From Neoechinorhynchus agilis (Eukaryota; Animalia; Acanthocephala): a stretch of 64,000 nucleotides of DNA. This document shows, in pieces, positions 13,033-25,257 of this stretch. The translations under genes were made by a program, and so were the position numbers. The notes beneath the pieces were generated by a model. That model was not told the origin of the DNA and ran no database searches. It worked only from the letters and a program-made list of their open reading frames with translations. The stretch spans positions 12,601,480 to 12,665,479 of the forward strand of contig CM121342.1 of assembly GCA_051530055.1 (NCBI GenBank), given 5' to 3'. Position 1 is the stretch's first letter. Each line of letters opens with the position of its first letter.

Positions 13033-13687
13033 GATTCAGGTACTACAACCTTCTTAGTCACAACACCAACAGTACCATCTCCAGATTAAAATTTCTGGTT
13101 CGACGACAAACAAGTCCGAATATTTAATCGTTTAAAGTTAAATCGAATAAAATAAATTGAAAAACCTAGTACATAGTTGATGTGTAAATAAAATTCTAGG
13201 TAAAGTTAGCAAATGTTGATTGCTCGAAGTTCTTTTTCGATTATCGCCTTTACGAGTTAATACGAAAGCTCTTTATATAAGAAAAGGGTATTGTAGTTCA
13301 TTTTCTTTAATGAACCGTTTGGAATAAGACTGGCATAGTGTTAAATTAAAAAATATGATAGGAAATTAAGAATAACGTTAATTAATTTCACGAGACTACA
13401 CTGACACGAATGCAAAATGATTCTTAATTTTACACTCACTCGGAGCAATTCATCACGACTAGAGGTTGAAATCATTCTTGCGACGCCGTTGATAACTGAT
13501 CAGCGCATGAATTACCTACGGTTCCAACTGAATTTCTGTTGATTTGGGGCGCACTACTACACTTGTCCTGCCAAACTTTTAAGTCTTCTTTTCGTCTTCG
13601 AGACATGGTGCTAGTAGATGAAATAATATTCATTAGGGATCGAATATTCCTCAGATTCTCTGATTGTAGAGGTCAACTTTCGAAAAC

Positions 13688-15745
13688 TCAAAAAAAGAAC
13701 CTGAGCGTAGGTGATATCGAAGCGAGAGAAAAATGCGAGAAAAGATTGGTGTAACGTCGCAATTTATTGGGTTGTGATGGTTTACGCATACTTCTATTGA
13801 TTGGAACGCCATCGATCGAATAAATTTGATTTCTTGACGTGTGAGAAGATGGCTTAAACGGGGCGCTTTCGAGTAACGAAAAAGTTCGGAGATCATATGA
13901 TCCAAGAAGATCGCCGTGCTGGTGATCCAAAACCGTTCCATAGTTAATTTCTTCGATGCTCATTTTGTCGAAGCTGGATAAACGACATGATGTTATTCTA
14001 TACGGATGATATTATTTAAGAAGCCCCTATTTTGTCTTTTTTACTCACCCGACGTTCTTATTAATTTTATTAGCCATGATGGCCGATAGGTGTTCTTTGC
14101 GAAGGTTGGACAACAATTTAACGATTTCATTGTGCATTCGTGTCGATACCTAATCTTGTTTTTTGATGATTAACGAAGTTCAGCTTTACGCTCAAGCCAT
14201 GCATTCACCTTTAAAAGTGTCTCGTAATGTTCAATCATAAGTTGAACTACTTCTGTTGCTGCGTCAACTTCTGCCAGAGATTGACTTCGACTATGTCCAA
14301 CATTATGTCTAGTCCGTCTCATCAGATTGGGTGAAAAGACAATAGCAAGGTTCTTAGCATCCATCTTATTACCCGCCATCTGACCTCGACGATAGTTATG
14401 AGAAATGAAAACTAACAAAGTCAGCACGCTTACAAAAGATCCTGAGTTTTTGTCTATAGTTGGTATCGAACAAGTATGAATGCGGTTCAAAAGGGGCAAG
14501 AGCTCAAACAGTATCTCTTTTTCTTCAAATGGGATCATGCATATCATCAACTGAATGGCTCTGATTTGCTCTCGATGAAAAAGTTCTGTATGTCATAATT
14601 AGAAGTGATACTTTCTAAAAGAAGAACATACTTGTTGTTGCCATGAAGCAGTCGAACAATTCTGGAGATAGAATAGGTTCAGACATGCTTCGCAAAATAT
14701 CTTTTAAAAACCCAGCGATGTCATGTACACTAACACCCTCACTAGCTATGTCGAAACCTTCCTGTCGGATCTTTTCCCGCAACTAAAACAAACATTGTAG
14801 TAAGTTCGTATGACCCACAAATTAGCACCTCTGTAATTCGTTTCTTCGATGCTGGTATCCTAAAAATTCCTTCAGTGGACAGTCCTGTTTAAATTTTGAC
14901 CTAGTCAAGTAAAGAACAATTCATCCAACGAAATTTACCATTTCGGCTAATGAACGAGCAGCACCTATGCACCAATTGCTTTACCTCCGCCTTAGAAAAG
15001 GGTTCTTGTTTTGGCATATCTACAATTTCTTGGTCAATATCACCATAAGTGCTCAGCGAAAACGGATCCAAAAGGGGCGATGATTTCCGTGGACTACTGT
15101 GTCTCGAAGTTTCCTTCTTATTCCTCTTCAAATTTGGTGAAAAGGTGATATAGATAAAATTCTACTTACTACGTCCGAATCAGACATTGTACCAAGTAAA
15201 TCAGAAAATCCGGTTCTAGTGCCAGCATTCGGACCAATATCAATGAGAGGTAGCACAGAAAAATCTTATGTATTTCAATAAAGTGCTATGAGAATCAAGG
15301 ACCAACGATTTAGCTAAATACCGGGAGGTGTATCAGTCTCAAAATGGGCAGAACTTCTATATTCGATCGTTTGTTTCCTGGATGCTAATCGTGGTTGATT
15401 CTAAGATTTTGAATAAAAATAAGTTTAGCAACAAACCTTTCATCACATTTTTTGAGATTTCACATCCATAATGCTGCAATCTATAGATAGCAAGGCATCT
15501 TAGAAGTTCTTGCTCAAGAGGACTCAAAGATAACATTGAAATCGGTCCAAGCTTCACTTGGCTACCATTTGAGGATTCCCATGCGGATTTGCTTTCCTAG
15601 TTTTTTAACAGCCATAAACCCTAACCAAAATCAAGCATGTTCTTACATTGTAATACCATTCCGGAGGTAGTTTCTGGGCTTCTAGGAGCTGTTCCTTCTT
15701 TTTAGATGACCGGAATAGAGCACTCAAGACGGGTGCTTGGCTCAT
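13688..15745 (-). CDS. ARHGAP6: Rho GTPase-activating protein, ARHGAP6/36 family, multi-exon
   Basis: N-terminal SAWESSNGSQVKLGPISMLSLSPLEQ resembles the ARHGAP6 WNSMSGRSVRL...SLSELE segment. GAP motifs GLSTEGIFRIPASKKR, VHDIAGFLKDILRSMSEPIL and GNKMDAKNLAIVFSPNL are present. Introns are GT-AG; internal exon edges are partly inferred. Confidence 0.8.
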
Positions 15746-18565
15746 CAACAATAGGGAAAAGCTGAATTTTTGTATATTTGTTTAGCTATGGAGTTTAGAA
15801 GTGCAAGTGTAAAGTGTGGTTCTACCAAAAGAAAATCTTTACTTCGATTAATAAAATGCACTAGTTTGTGTGCAGTTTAGAAGAGATTGAATATACGACA
15901 ATTCGGTTATCAGCGCCTCTCTTTTGCACATTCAATTTCAGACAAAGAGCAGGAGGAAGGACGTAATTAAATCATATGGCTCTTGTCTTCAAAATGAGCG
16001 TATCCACTTAAAAAAATGAAATGTTGGTCTATAAAGGCATGTACGGAACAGAACACGACATATGTAATGCTCGTTGATTAAAATGATACCCCACTTTGCT
16101 GACTTATCATAAATTATTGCATGAATACTTAAGTTATAAATATTGCATTATTGGTCCATTAAAACTTAAAATTTCGGTACTCTTTGCACGGACAGTTGTT
16201 TTGATTTGTAGAGAAAAGTTACATCTTAATATTCTCATAGATAAGAAGAAAAGTAGTCCAGGTTTTAAAAAAGGGATTTGACTTCAGCTACAAATAAGAA
16301 CTTCCCAAAACTTGAGGTTTTGAAGATATATGAAATTCAAGGGGTTATCGTACGTGATTTACACAACGCATTGACGAGTTCAGGGTTTTTGCGGTCGAAA
16401 ACCATAAGGAGAATCCGCAAAAATAAAATCAAGGCGCATAAATGGTAATCTTGGTTTCGTGAGGTAAAGCCAGGAATTAAACACATTGTAGTCATTTTTT
16501 GCTACCAGCGCAGTTCGAAAATTGATTCAATAAAAAATTCCGGAGTAACTTTGAGAGGGTCTGTATAAATATCTGAGCGCATCTCAGGAGTTCGCAATTG
16601 AGCAAAATAGCAACCAAATATTTGGAGGAGAATTCTAAACAGGAACTTTTACACAAGATAACTAATATCAACACCTTTTCAAAATTGTCTGTCATAATGA
16701 CGAACAAATTGTCAAAAAGAGGTTATAACATTTTCGGGGCTTATCCATGAAACGTGTCAGCAACACCACAAGTCTTCAAAGACAAAAAGTTCAAATTAAC
16801 GCCGATCTTTATGTATGTAGTGATATCTAACGTGAAACCTGGGGTGCGTACTTAAATCCTTATCCATCAAAACTTCTATTAAACCGACGGTCTAAGTCCC
16901 AAGGCTCATGGGAGCGTTAATAAATCTTTTTTCGCGAATATGGCAAATATGTTAAATGACAAGTTGAAAGCCTATTTTTGATGATAAACGGTGTCAGTTA
17001 AAATACAGCACGAGAATTTCCACATTTTCATTATCGACACGCAAGTTTAATTGGTTTGAATTTCCGATAAATGTGCACAATATAGCGTGCTCGAAATTTT
17101 ATAAAGAGATTATGAGATGTAATTATTATAATTCGTCTTCACGATTGAGAATCTATCTATGAGTAGTTCAATATATATGTCAGCGGTAGGTGGGTGGTGT
17201 AAAAACTCGGCGAGCAAGAAATCGTATATTATTCTCATCGTCAGCGAAAGAGGAACACGATAAAGCTCGAGTAATCACTACAAAGGAACATAAATATCCT
17301 GGAATCCCAAGGGAAGCTGGCACTCATTTGAAAAGAGAAACTATAAACGATGATTTAAAATTATGTCGCACTCCATTCCGATTATTATCTTTCAAACCTT
17401 ATCATCGCACAGAAAAGGTGATTGTGGATGTGAGTGTAGGCATTTTTTTGCGGTTTGTCAATATATGTTTCTATAGCTCTATCCTCTTAGGTGTCCAAGG
17501 TAAAAACTCACATTTTCAGTAAAGGAATAGTAGCTATTAACGCAACTTAGGAGGCAATATTTTTCATTTAAATGTTACAATGAACATGCAGGAGTAGAAA
17601 GAAGGATGTCACCAGGGAAACACAAGCGGTTGGGTGGCATTCTGCAGGAATTGCAGATAGTTCCGAGATAAAACGCATTTCGTTTGATAGATTACACATA
17701 CAGAAGTAGATAGTACTCATGAAATCGAAAGCGATGCAATCAACCATTTTAATGTGAACAACGAAATCAGATCAAAGGAATTGAGATTCTCAGTATACTG
17801 ATCGATAAAAACGAAGATTCTAATTTTTGAATAAAGAAAAAGAGTGAGTGTTGTAAGAGGACTTAAAATAATGATCAAAATAATCAGACTGTACCGAGAC
17901 CATAAGTGAAAAACGTGTTTGGAATAAATTGAATTTACTACTGATGGTTAAGCTTAGTTGAGTCGTGAAGTCTACACCAATTTTGATGCTTCTTCATCCA
18001 GCAAAAACGAGTAATTATCACGGACCGGCGACGGTGTTAACTAATGCCTGATTAAGCCGACCAAAACGCGTTGAGGTACCTAATAATATAGATCGAATAT
18101 TCACAGTGCGTCGGTCGACTTCGAGAAGGAGACGATGAGTGATTAAGTGAATTCTCAGTTTTAGTAATAAAGAAATAATCGAAAATTATTTGATTTTGTT
18201 ATGAAAGCATATCTGCAGAACGATTTTTTTTTCAGGTGAAAGACGGACGATATTCTGAGTATTCACAATGGGGAAGCGAACCAGCGGAAGGCATGTTGTT
18301 AATCAAAAATCAAGAACGATTTCGGGTTTTAAAAAGACTGAGAAATACAAGTCGGTATCCAAATCAACCTGCAATTGGTATAATTTAGATTTCAACCTAT
18401 CCTTGTTCACGTTCTTTATTCACATTGCCGCCGTCACCATAACCGAAACCCGCACATTGAGTTGAACGAATCGAAACAGGGAGTCACGCGCACTCACCAG
18501 CATTCACATCGTTACTGTTTTACAGCCGCTTTCCAAAACGAGAGTTCATCCAAGAATTTTGTTTC

Positions 18566-20122
18566 TTGGCCCTTAAGGAAGCAGTAAACTTGCGAGTCAT
18601 ACTAAGTGGAAGCACCGGATTGAGAAAATCGGTGATGTGGGTTAATAAACCACAAAAAAACACAACAAGACGATACGTGAGTGTAATGAAGCATCGTACC
18701 AATGAGGGCGATGAAGATAAGTGGGAGCGAAATGAAATTGGAGTAGGCAAGGGAAACGCTGCCTCTATGACGCCAAAAAACAACCACTTTTACAAGATTG
18801 AGGACATGAAACGATCAGAAGAGATGAATGATGAATCATATTGGTATGAGAGCGAAACGCAACAAGGAGCTTCCCAGCAATCTAAGGAGGATACTAGGCC
18901 GTCACGCATAAGTGATAGTCACACTTCATCGATCTCGGGATTTAGGCCGATACCACATCCGGGGCGACCAGTTGTTCGGTCTATTGAGCAACTGATTGAT
19001 AAATGTATCGAAAGCAGCGAGTCTTGGACATCAAGTCCGACTCTAGAGTACCAAAAATGCACCTGCAATCGAAAACACAACAGCGGCATTCAACGAGGGC
19101 ATACTTTTTCAACATCCGATTCTAGCCAATGCTACTCAAACATGGACGGTTATACTTTACCGTCGATTTCTTCGATAAAGAGCGAAAGGAGTACTCAGAC
19201 AACGCTCACAATTTCAATGCTAAATCGACTTGAAGAAGCTGCACAAAGTAATGGAACGTTAAGCGTAATGGAAGATGTTGGACGGGACGAAGAGAAGGGG
19301 AGTAAATTCACAAAATTCAACACCAGTAATCATACATTATATGATAAAGATAAGAGAGATAGTGGATTTTCGGGAACCCCATCAGTTGATCATTTCGAGA
19401 GGGAAAGATGTTGTTGCCGCGTGGAATACGACAATGGAGATCGAGTTGAGCATTTTGGTTCCCTAGTGTCCGTACGTAGGCAAACACAGCCTTCTCAGTT
19501 CCTTACCGAATCGAAATCAATGTCGAATTTGTCGACAGCGTCGTCGAGCCACCGACATAGAAGCAATATGGACTGCAAGACCAAGTCGGCCTTTCGGAGA
19601 CCACTAGCAAATGCTCTTGGTTCCCGTGAGCTACTTGACGATATTTGTAAAACTACTCCAATCATCAGGACGCCTATTTTAATAAGAGAAACTCATCCTC
19701 CACCCCGAACACCACCACCAATGGTCCTTCGCGAAAAACCTCCAAGTAAACTGCTTTTGAAAAGAAGAGAAACTCCGGACGTTAATAGACAGATAATCTA
19801 TTTAAGATATAGACCTGATCCACCGAAACCGCGAAATATCATTGTGGAGCGATGGGTCCCGCCCCCACAATCTGTTGAGCACACTACTACGACATCAGGT
19901 ATGCATGTTAATCCAATTGCTTACCCAAGAAATGTGCTGGTAGATTACGATCAAAGAAGGAGTTGTTCGGTGTGCGAGCCCATTATTCTCAGTCCCCGAA
20001 TAGTTAGTCCAACGAGTTATATGGAAGCGCATCGGTCCGAATTGATTGATTCTGCGACTCTTGAGAAGGTACTAAGACAACACAATATTCAATTGCCACA
20101 AAATGATATGGGATACGATTGA
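18566..20122 (+). CDS. Uncharacterised 518-aa ORF with Ser-rich middle and Pro-rich C-terminal motif block; upstream exons probable
   Basis: Long ORF with C-terminal RETHPPPRTPPPMVLREKPP...YRPDPPKPRNIIVERWVPP...YPRNVLVDYD. The true 5' structure (17190-18530) is unresolved. Confidence 0.7.
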   Translation: MALKEAVNLRVILSGSTGLRKSVMWVNKPQKNTTRRYVSVMKHRTNEGDEDKWERNEIGVGKGNAASMTPKNNHFYKIEDMKRSEEMNDESYWYESETQQGASQQSKEDTRPSRISDSHTSSISGFRPIPHPGRPVVRSIEQLIDKCIESSESWTSSPTLEYQKCTCNRKHNSGIQRGHTFSTSDSSQCYSNMDGYTLPSISSIKSERSTQTTLTISMLNRLEEAAQSNGTLSVMEDVGRDEEKGSKFTKFNTSNHTLYDKDKRDSGFSGTPSVDHFERERCCCRVEYDNGDRVEHFGSLVSVRRQTQPSQFLTESKSMSNLSTASSSHRHRSNMDCKTKSAFRRPLANALGSRELLDDICKTTPIIRTPILIRETHPPPRTPPPMVLREKPPSKLLLKRRETPDVNRQIIYLRYRPDPPKPRNIIVERWVPPPQSVEHTTTTSGMHVNPIAYPRNVLVDYDQRRSCSVCEPIILSPRIVSPTSYMEAHRSELIDSATLEKVLRQHNIQLPQNDMGYD

Positions 20123-20639
20123 TGGGCCCGAAAGTCGATTGTATCCAAATAAAATTTTTTTTGAAGATATCCCTTTAGACTCTGAGATGCGAATATTTAA
20201 AAAACCTTTGTTTTTACGCAAAAGCCGTAGTTCAGCTCTGTCTTTGTCTCGTCTGTTACTATTTGAGAAATGATCAATACCATCTGATTCAGAGATTCTC
20301 TCACTTGTATATTGACATAAATATGTGAGATGTTACAGAGATGAACATGGGTGCCGTGTGTATCCAGCTGGAATAGAGTAAACACATCACGGTTTCGTAG
20401 TCTTGCAATAAGCCGTCATTCCAATTCGAAGCAAGCCGGCGAAATATTTAAATATTATTTTGAACTTTTCACTCATTTTATTCTAGGTTTTACAATAATA
20501 AAGTACAAAATGTGCAATCACCATAGTTCGCAAAATTGGAGATTGTTCTCAGATTTAGGACATCTCTTCCTCGACTTTTTAGTTTTTCCCTTTTGGCATG
20601 AAGCCACAAGTCCTGAATCCCTGTTTCAAGGTTTAAATC

Positions 20640-21345
20640 GACGATCGCCAATGACCCACAACCAAAAGCGGACGAACTGCTGCTGAAGGGAGGAAACCCA
20701 CTGATGAGTCACGCCTCCTCGGGAGGTATCTGAGGATCCGGAGGGATGCACAAACTCTTTACCGTGATTCAATCACTTTTCTGATGTAAGAGATCGGCGT
20801 GTAGCGTGACAAGAAGGAAAACTAAAGAAACTGAGGAAGGGATCACACAAATCAGAATCAATAGAACCGGCTTGCAATCTCTCTGCCATCCTCCCTATCC
20901 TTACATACGCCTTCCCCACTTTCCTCGCCCTTTCCGCCAATGCTCTCCATTCCCTCAAAACCTTCCACAAGAGAGCAGTGAGAATATGTGGGACTTCACT
21001 CCCTCCCTCGAAACCCACCTCCACTCCATTTTCTCCAAAAACGCCCACCGTCTTCTTCAACCCCCTACGCAATTTTCTTCCCTCATCTCTAAATACTCGT
21101 CCCTAGTAAACACCCGGAACCCCAACCTTTTTCATCCCCCCCCTCGCTCGTACCACCCTCTACCAAAAATCTTTCCTCCCACAACCGGAAAGCAAGGAAA
21201 GACTCCTAATCGGCCATTCTCCGGTATAACTCCAAAGACAAATCCCACCTCCCTGCCTCAACATCCGACATCCAGACAACTTCAGCAAAGATAGATGCTG
21301 GCAAGTGTATGGATCGTTCTTTTCTTAAATTAATAAAACGTGTTT
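20640..21345 (+). mobile_element. 3' fragment of a CR1/L2-like LINE (RT domain 7, thumb, C-terminus, 3' tail)
   Basis: Frameshifted reading: LLLKGGNP..RYLRIRRD (domain 7-like); KLKKLRKG...SAILPILTYAFPTFLALSANALHSLKTFHKRAVRICG (thumb); IPPLARTTLYQKSFLP (P..RT..Y..SF.P motif). Ends at aattaataaaacgtgtt. The annotated 162-aa Pro-rich ORF is an off-frame reading. Confidence 0.7.
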
Positions 21346-23390
21346 ATAACGATATTTATTTTAAAAGCATGTCTTATAAATTTCAGATTCTTATATTTGT
21401 TCATTATCATTTGATATCCCGTCCGGTTTCCATCTTCATTTAAAAAAGCTTAGTTTATGATGGATCTAAAATCTCTCTGCCTTGGTCATTTCCCTTCTTG
21501 ATCTCTATAACTCGCATTCTTGCTATTTCGGTTAATTCGTAATCTTAGCTAATCATAAGAATCTCTCGATTTTTCACAGTCAATTGCCTTTTGACTGATT
21601 TCAAAAACGATATTTATTTTAAAAGCATGTCTTATAAATTTCAGATCCTTGTATTTGTTCATTATCATTTGATATCCCGTCCGGTTTCCATCTTCATTTA
21701 AAAAAGCTTAGTTTATGATGGATCTAAAATCTCTCTGCCTTGGTCATTTCCCTTCTTGATCTCTATAACTCGCATTCTTGCTATTTCGGTTAATTCGTAA
21801 TCTTAGCTAATCATAAGAATCTCTCGATTTTTCACAGTCAATTGCCTTTTGACTGATTTCAAAAACGATATTTATTTTAAAAGCATGTCTTATAAATTTC
21901 AGATCCTTGTATTTGTTCATTATCATTTGATATCCCGTCCGGTTTCCATATTCATTTAAAAAAGCTTAGTTTATGATGGATCTAAAATCTCTCTGCCTTG
22001 TTCATTTGCTTTCTTGATCTCTATAACTCGTATTCTTGGAATTTCAGTTAATTCGAAATCTTAGCCAATCACATGAATCTCGATTTTTTACAGTCAATTG
22101 CCTTTTGACTGATTTTAAAAACCATATTTATTTTAAAAGCATGTCTTATAAATTTCAGATTCTTGTATTTGTTCATTATCATTTGATATCCCATCCGTTT
22201 TCCATCTCCATTTAAAAAAGCTTAGTTTATGATGGATCTAAAATCTCTCTGCCTTGTTCATTTGCTTTCTTGATCTCTATAACTCGTATTCTTGGATTTT
22301 CAGTTAATTCGTAATCTTAGCCGATCACATGAATCTCGATTTTTTACAGTCAATTGCCTTTTGACTGATTTTAAAAACGATATTTATTTTAAAAGCATGT
22401 CTTATAAATTTCAGATTCTTGCATTTATTCATTATCCGTTGATATCCCGTCCGGTTTCCATCTTCATTTAAAAAAAGCTTAGTTTATGATGGATCTAAAA
22501 TCTCTCTGCCTTGTTCATTTGCTCTCTTGATCTCTATAACTTGCATTCTTGCTATTTCGGTTAATTCGTAATCTTAGCTTATCATAAGAATCTCTCGATT
22601 TTTCACAGTTAATTGCTTTTGGACTAATTTCAAAAACGATATTTATTTTAAAAGCATGTCTTATAAATTTCAGATCCTTGTATTTGTTCATTATCCTTTG
22701 ATATCCCGTCCGGTTTCCATCTTCATTTAAAAAAAGCTTAGTTTATGATGGATCTAAAATCTCTCTGCCTTGGTCATTTCCCTTCTTGATCTCTATAACT
22801 CGTATTCTTTATATTTCAACTAATTCGTAATCTTAGCTGATCATAAGAATCTCTCGATTTTTCAGAGTCAATTGCCTTTTGACTGATTTCAAAAACGATA
22901 TTTATTTTAAAAGCATGTCTTATAAATTTCAGATCCTTGTATTTGTTCATTATCCTTTGATATCCCGTCCGGTTTCCATCTTCATTTAAAAAAAGCTTAG
23001 TTTATGATGGATCTAAAATCTCTCTGCCTTGGTCATTTCCCTTCTTGATCTCTATAACTCGTATTCTTTATATTTCAACTAATTCGTAATCTTAGCTGAT
23101 CATAAGAATCTCTCGATTTTTCAGAGTCAATTGCCTTTTGACTGATTTCAAAAACGATATTTATTTTAAAAGCATGTCTTATAAATTTTGGATCCTTGTA
23201 TTTGTTCATTATCCTTTGATATCCCGTCCGGCTTCCATCTTCAGTTAATAAAAGGCTTAGTTTATGACGGATCTAAAATCTCTCTGCCTTGGTCATTTTC
23301 CTTCTTGGTCTCTATAACTCGTATTCTTGCTATTTCAACTAATTCATCTCTCGATCCTTCACAGTCAGTTGCCTACTGATTTCAACACTT
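21346..23390. repeat. Tandem satellite, ~258-bp unit, 8 copies
   Basis: The anchor aac(g/c)atatttattttaaaagcatg occurs at 21348, 21606, 21864, 22120, 22376, 22635, 22894 and 23153 (spacing 258, 258, 256, 256, 259, 259, 259). Confidence 0.97.
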
Positions 23391-23802
23391 CATTATTAAT
23401 AATTCGTTCTAGTACTCTGTATAAATTTAAATCTTATATCCTCGTAAATAAGCAAATCTTTGCTAGAAATATTCTCTAAAGAGGTTCACATACTGATTTT
23501 TCCAAAGATTATCATAGGTTGAAGGCTAGAGACCCAAATGAGCGTCATTACGAGGCAGGTACTATTTACCACCTAAAGTCCTATAAAATCGATTGACGAT
23601 TTCTTGTATTTTTGACGTGGTTTGATCGAAACCAACAAAATCGTAGTGACGTAATAACTGAGATTTAACCTAACGTTCAAAGGTGCGCTTACCGTCCCCA
23701 AGAATCACAGCGAAAAGTAGTCCATTTATTGGTCACTTCATAATCGTTAAATGGACACGAATGAGCACTTGTAGCTTTTTTCTAATCTATGTTCTATATT
23801 AG

Positions 23803-24237
23803 ATGCCGAATGCTAGAGTATCAACACTGGATGCTTTGAGTTTCGAACGATGGCAGGATAAAACAGAATGGCATACATTTGACATTCGATGGCGTGAACG
23901 ATCGATGGAAAATCTAAAGAACCAGAACGCGATTGGTCCGCTTGCTCGATCGGGGTTTTATTTGGACAACCGTGATTCTTCGAGTGTTGAGTGTTGCTCT
24001 TGCAAAAGCCGTCTAAAGCTCTCGTCTTTTTCCGATAACGGGCAGGTCGATGACCATTTGATCGCAGAACAGCACCGGTTATTGGATAAGGAATGTCCAT
24101 GTCTCTTAGTTTCACAATGGACGAACATGTACGTAGCCGACCTGATGCCTCTGATTGAATACAACGGAATAAGCCGCCTGAGAGGTGTTAAACGCGAGGT
24201 GAAGTCGAAAATCAGAACTCTGATAGATCTACTTTGA
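23803..24237 (+). CDS. Small single-BIR-domain protein (IAP/survivin-like, divergent)
   Basis: LARSGFY...SVECCSCKSRL...EQHRLLDKECPCL gives the BIR LAxAGFY motif and the CxxC...H...C zinc ligands. Single 144-aa ORF. Confidence 0.65.
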   Translation: MPNARVSTLDALSFERWQDKTEWHTFDIRWRERSMENLKNQNAIGPLARSGFYLDNRDSSSVECCSCKSRLKLSSFSDNGQVDDHLIAEQHRLLDKECPCLLVSQWTNMYVADLMPLIEYNGISRLRGVKREVKSKIRTLIDLL

Positions 24238-24319
24238 GAGTATTTGAGAGTGCGTGTGTCTAATACGAAACTTGCGATTGTATTCGTGCTGTTTCGATGA
24301 TACTGCATTTTTATCAGAA

Positions 24320-24690
24320 ATGAAATTATCTATCATTTTGTTTATCACGATTTTTGCTACTCTTGGTATAATTTCTCGTTTGGAAAAACAACCAAAGACA
24401 GAATTACTGAAGAGATTTATAACTATATTTTTTCTAAGTGTTGAAGTGTGGCCTTTTTCGAGGCAATTTTGTAAGAATCCCTCTGAATTCTCAGATACCT
24501 CCCGAGGAGGCGGGACTTATCAGTGAGTTTCCTCCCTTCATCGGTATCAAGACCCCTTTTGGTTGTGCGTCATCAATGCTAATGGAGTTTTAATCTTTTG
24601 GCTCTGAAACAGGGATTAAGTCCACTAGAAACCCAAGGCACAACTACGCAATATACAAACTCTACCAGTGTTATACATTCGGATAAGTGT
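24320..24690 (+). CDS. Possible small secreted peptide, 3 short exons
   Basis: MKLSIILFITIFATL is signal-like (24320..24365). A gtataa...ctaag intron leads to exon 24439..24522, which ends at a gtgagt donor. The third exon is ambiguous. Confidence 0.35.
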
Positions 24691-24767
24691 TGAATTATTT
24701 TTGTCTTATGTCTGTCTGGCCGGTTTCATTTTTTCTAAGTGTTGAAATGAGGCCCTTTTTCCGTGGA

Positions 24768-25257
24768 TGATATCACCACCCGAGGGGAATAATTAAACAA
24801 GAATGAATATTTCGATTGATTGTATCAGTCATTATCAATTCTATTTAAAAAATTAGCAGGTATTCGTTACAAACACTCGACATGATTGTTCGTATTGACT
24901 AGGGATCGTCAACTCCGTGGATTGCCTCCCTGGATGCATGTAGACCAACTAACGATAATTGGAGGAAAACTTATGCTTTGTTCCCTTTCACGGACTTAAT
25001 GAGCGGATTAATAGGTTTGTTTTATTAAGGATTGCATTCGGATGGAACAAAACATAAGTTTTCCTCCAATTACCGTTAGTTGGTCTAAATGCATCCAGGG
25101 AGGCAATCTACGGAGTTGACGATCTCGAGTCAATACGAACAATCATATCGTGTGTTTGTAACGAAAATCTGCTATTTTTTAAATAGAATTGATAATGATT
25201 AAGGCAATCAATCGACGTGTATATTCTTCTTTAATTATTCCTCTCTGGTGCTGACAA
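24768..25257. repeat. Long inverted repeat / foldback (MITE-like), arms ~215 bp, spacer 24985-25043
   Basis: tcattatcaattctatttaaaaaa...gcctccctggatgcat...ggaggaaaacttatgctttgttcc pairs with ggaacaaaacataagttttcctcc...atgcatccagggaggc...ttttttaaatagaattgataatga. The outer arms are more degenerate. Confidence 0.9.

Noticed and set aside
20693-20730. GAAA and CTGATGA hammerhead core words
   Set aside because: Their order and spacing leave no room for helices I and III, and the sequence lies in LINE RT coding remnants.
20806-21294. 162-aa Pro-rich ORF as a host gene
   Set aside because: Other frames carry LINE RT thumb and C-terminal motifs, so the ORF is an off-frame product of C-rich LINE sequence.
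21346-23390. CRISPR-like appearance of the tandem arrays (also 4581-7230 and 29039-29386)
   Set aside because: Whole units repeat with no unique spacers, the context is eukaryotic, and there are no cas genes.
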